Source: Octopus vulgaris (taxonomy: Eukaryota). Taken from it: a stretch of 64,000 nt of DNA. Position numbers and translations under genes: made by a program. Position 1 is the first letter of the stretch; the number at the start of each line of letters is the position of its first letter. Of this stretch, positions 63,632 through 64,000 are shown piece after piece. The stretch lies in contig OX597833.1 of assembly GCA_951406725.2 (NCBI GenBank), positions 19,034,001 to 19,098,000 of the forward strand, given 5' to 3'. The notes under the pieces are model-generated. The model searched no databases. It was not told the DNA's origin and was given only the letters and a program-made list of their open reading frames with translations.

Positions 63632-64000
63632 CGCAGGAGTGGCTGTGTGGTAAGTAGCTTGTTTACCAACCACATGGTTCAGGGTTCAGTCCCACTGCGT
63701 GGCACCTTGGGCAAGTGTCTTCTACTATAGCCTCGGGCCGACCAAGGCCTTGTGAGTGGATTTGGTAGACGGAAACTGAAAGAAGCCCGTCGTATATATG
63801 TATATATATATATGCATGTGTGTGTTTGTGTGTCTGTGTTTGTCCCCCTAGCATTGCTTGACAACCGATGCTGGTGTGTTTATGTCCCTGTAACTTAGCA
63901 GTTCGGCAAAAGAGACCGATAGAATAAGTACTGGGCTTACAAAAGAATAAGTCCCGGGGTCGAGTTGCTCGATTAAAGGCGGTGCTCCAGCATGACCACA

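Noticed and set aside
128-63864. Most ORFs in the supplied track (YIYIYI, CVCVCV, HTHT, IIII, MMMM and recurring DGLLSVSVYQIHSQGFG peptides)
   Set aside because: Translations of microsatellites and SINE or RTE-UTR copies, with no splice or homology support.

Overview
AT-rich eukaryotic genomic DNA, dominated by repeats. The SINE, RTE and microsatellite content looks like an octopus (coleoid cephalopod) genome; this is inferred from repeat families I recognise, not verified. Most ORFs in the supplied track are spurious microsatellite or SINE translations. One host gene is identifiable: four 3' coding exons of CENATAC/CCDC84, a minor-spliceosome factor, on the minus strand (61757 to 49036), with consistent GT-AG phases. 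A repeat-free, CpG-retaining island at about 23.5-27.1 kb probably holds the 5' end of a second, unidentified minus-strand gene. The rest is transposon debris: a full-length Tc1 and a full-length mariner relic with TIRs, other mariner fragments, TTAA-target piggyBac-like MITEs, hAT MITEs, Penelope-like elements (one Naiad-like, one Poseidon-like), RTE, R4, Hero and CR1 fragments, several tRNA-derived SINE families and a probable solo LTR. The most striking unannotated signal is about 13 minimal hammerhead ribozyme motifs from roughly 5 sequence families. One family is a tRNA-headed SINE carrying a dimer-dependent hammerhead. It recurs in inverted pairs or fold-backs, and one copy lies in sense orientation just downstream of the CENATAC stop codon.
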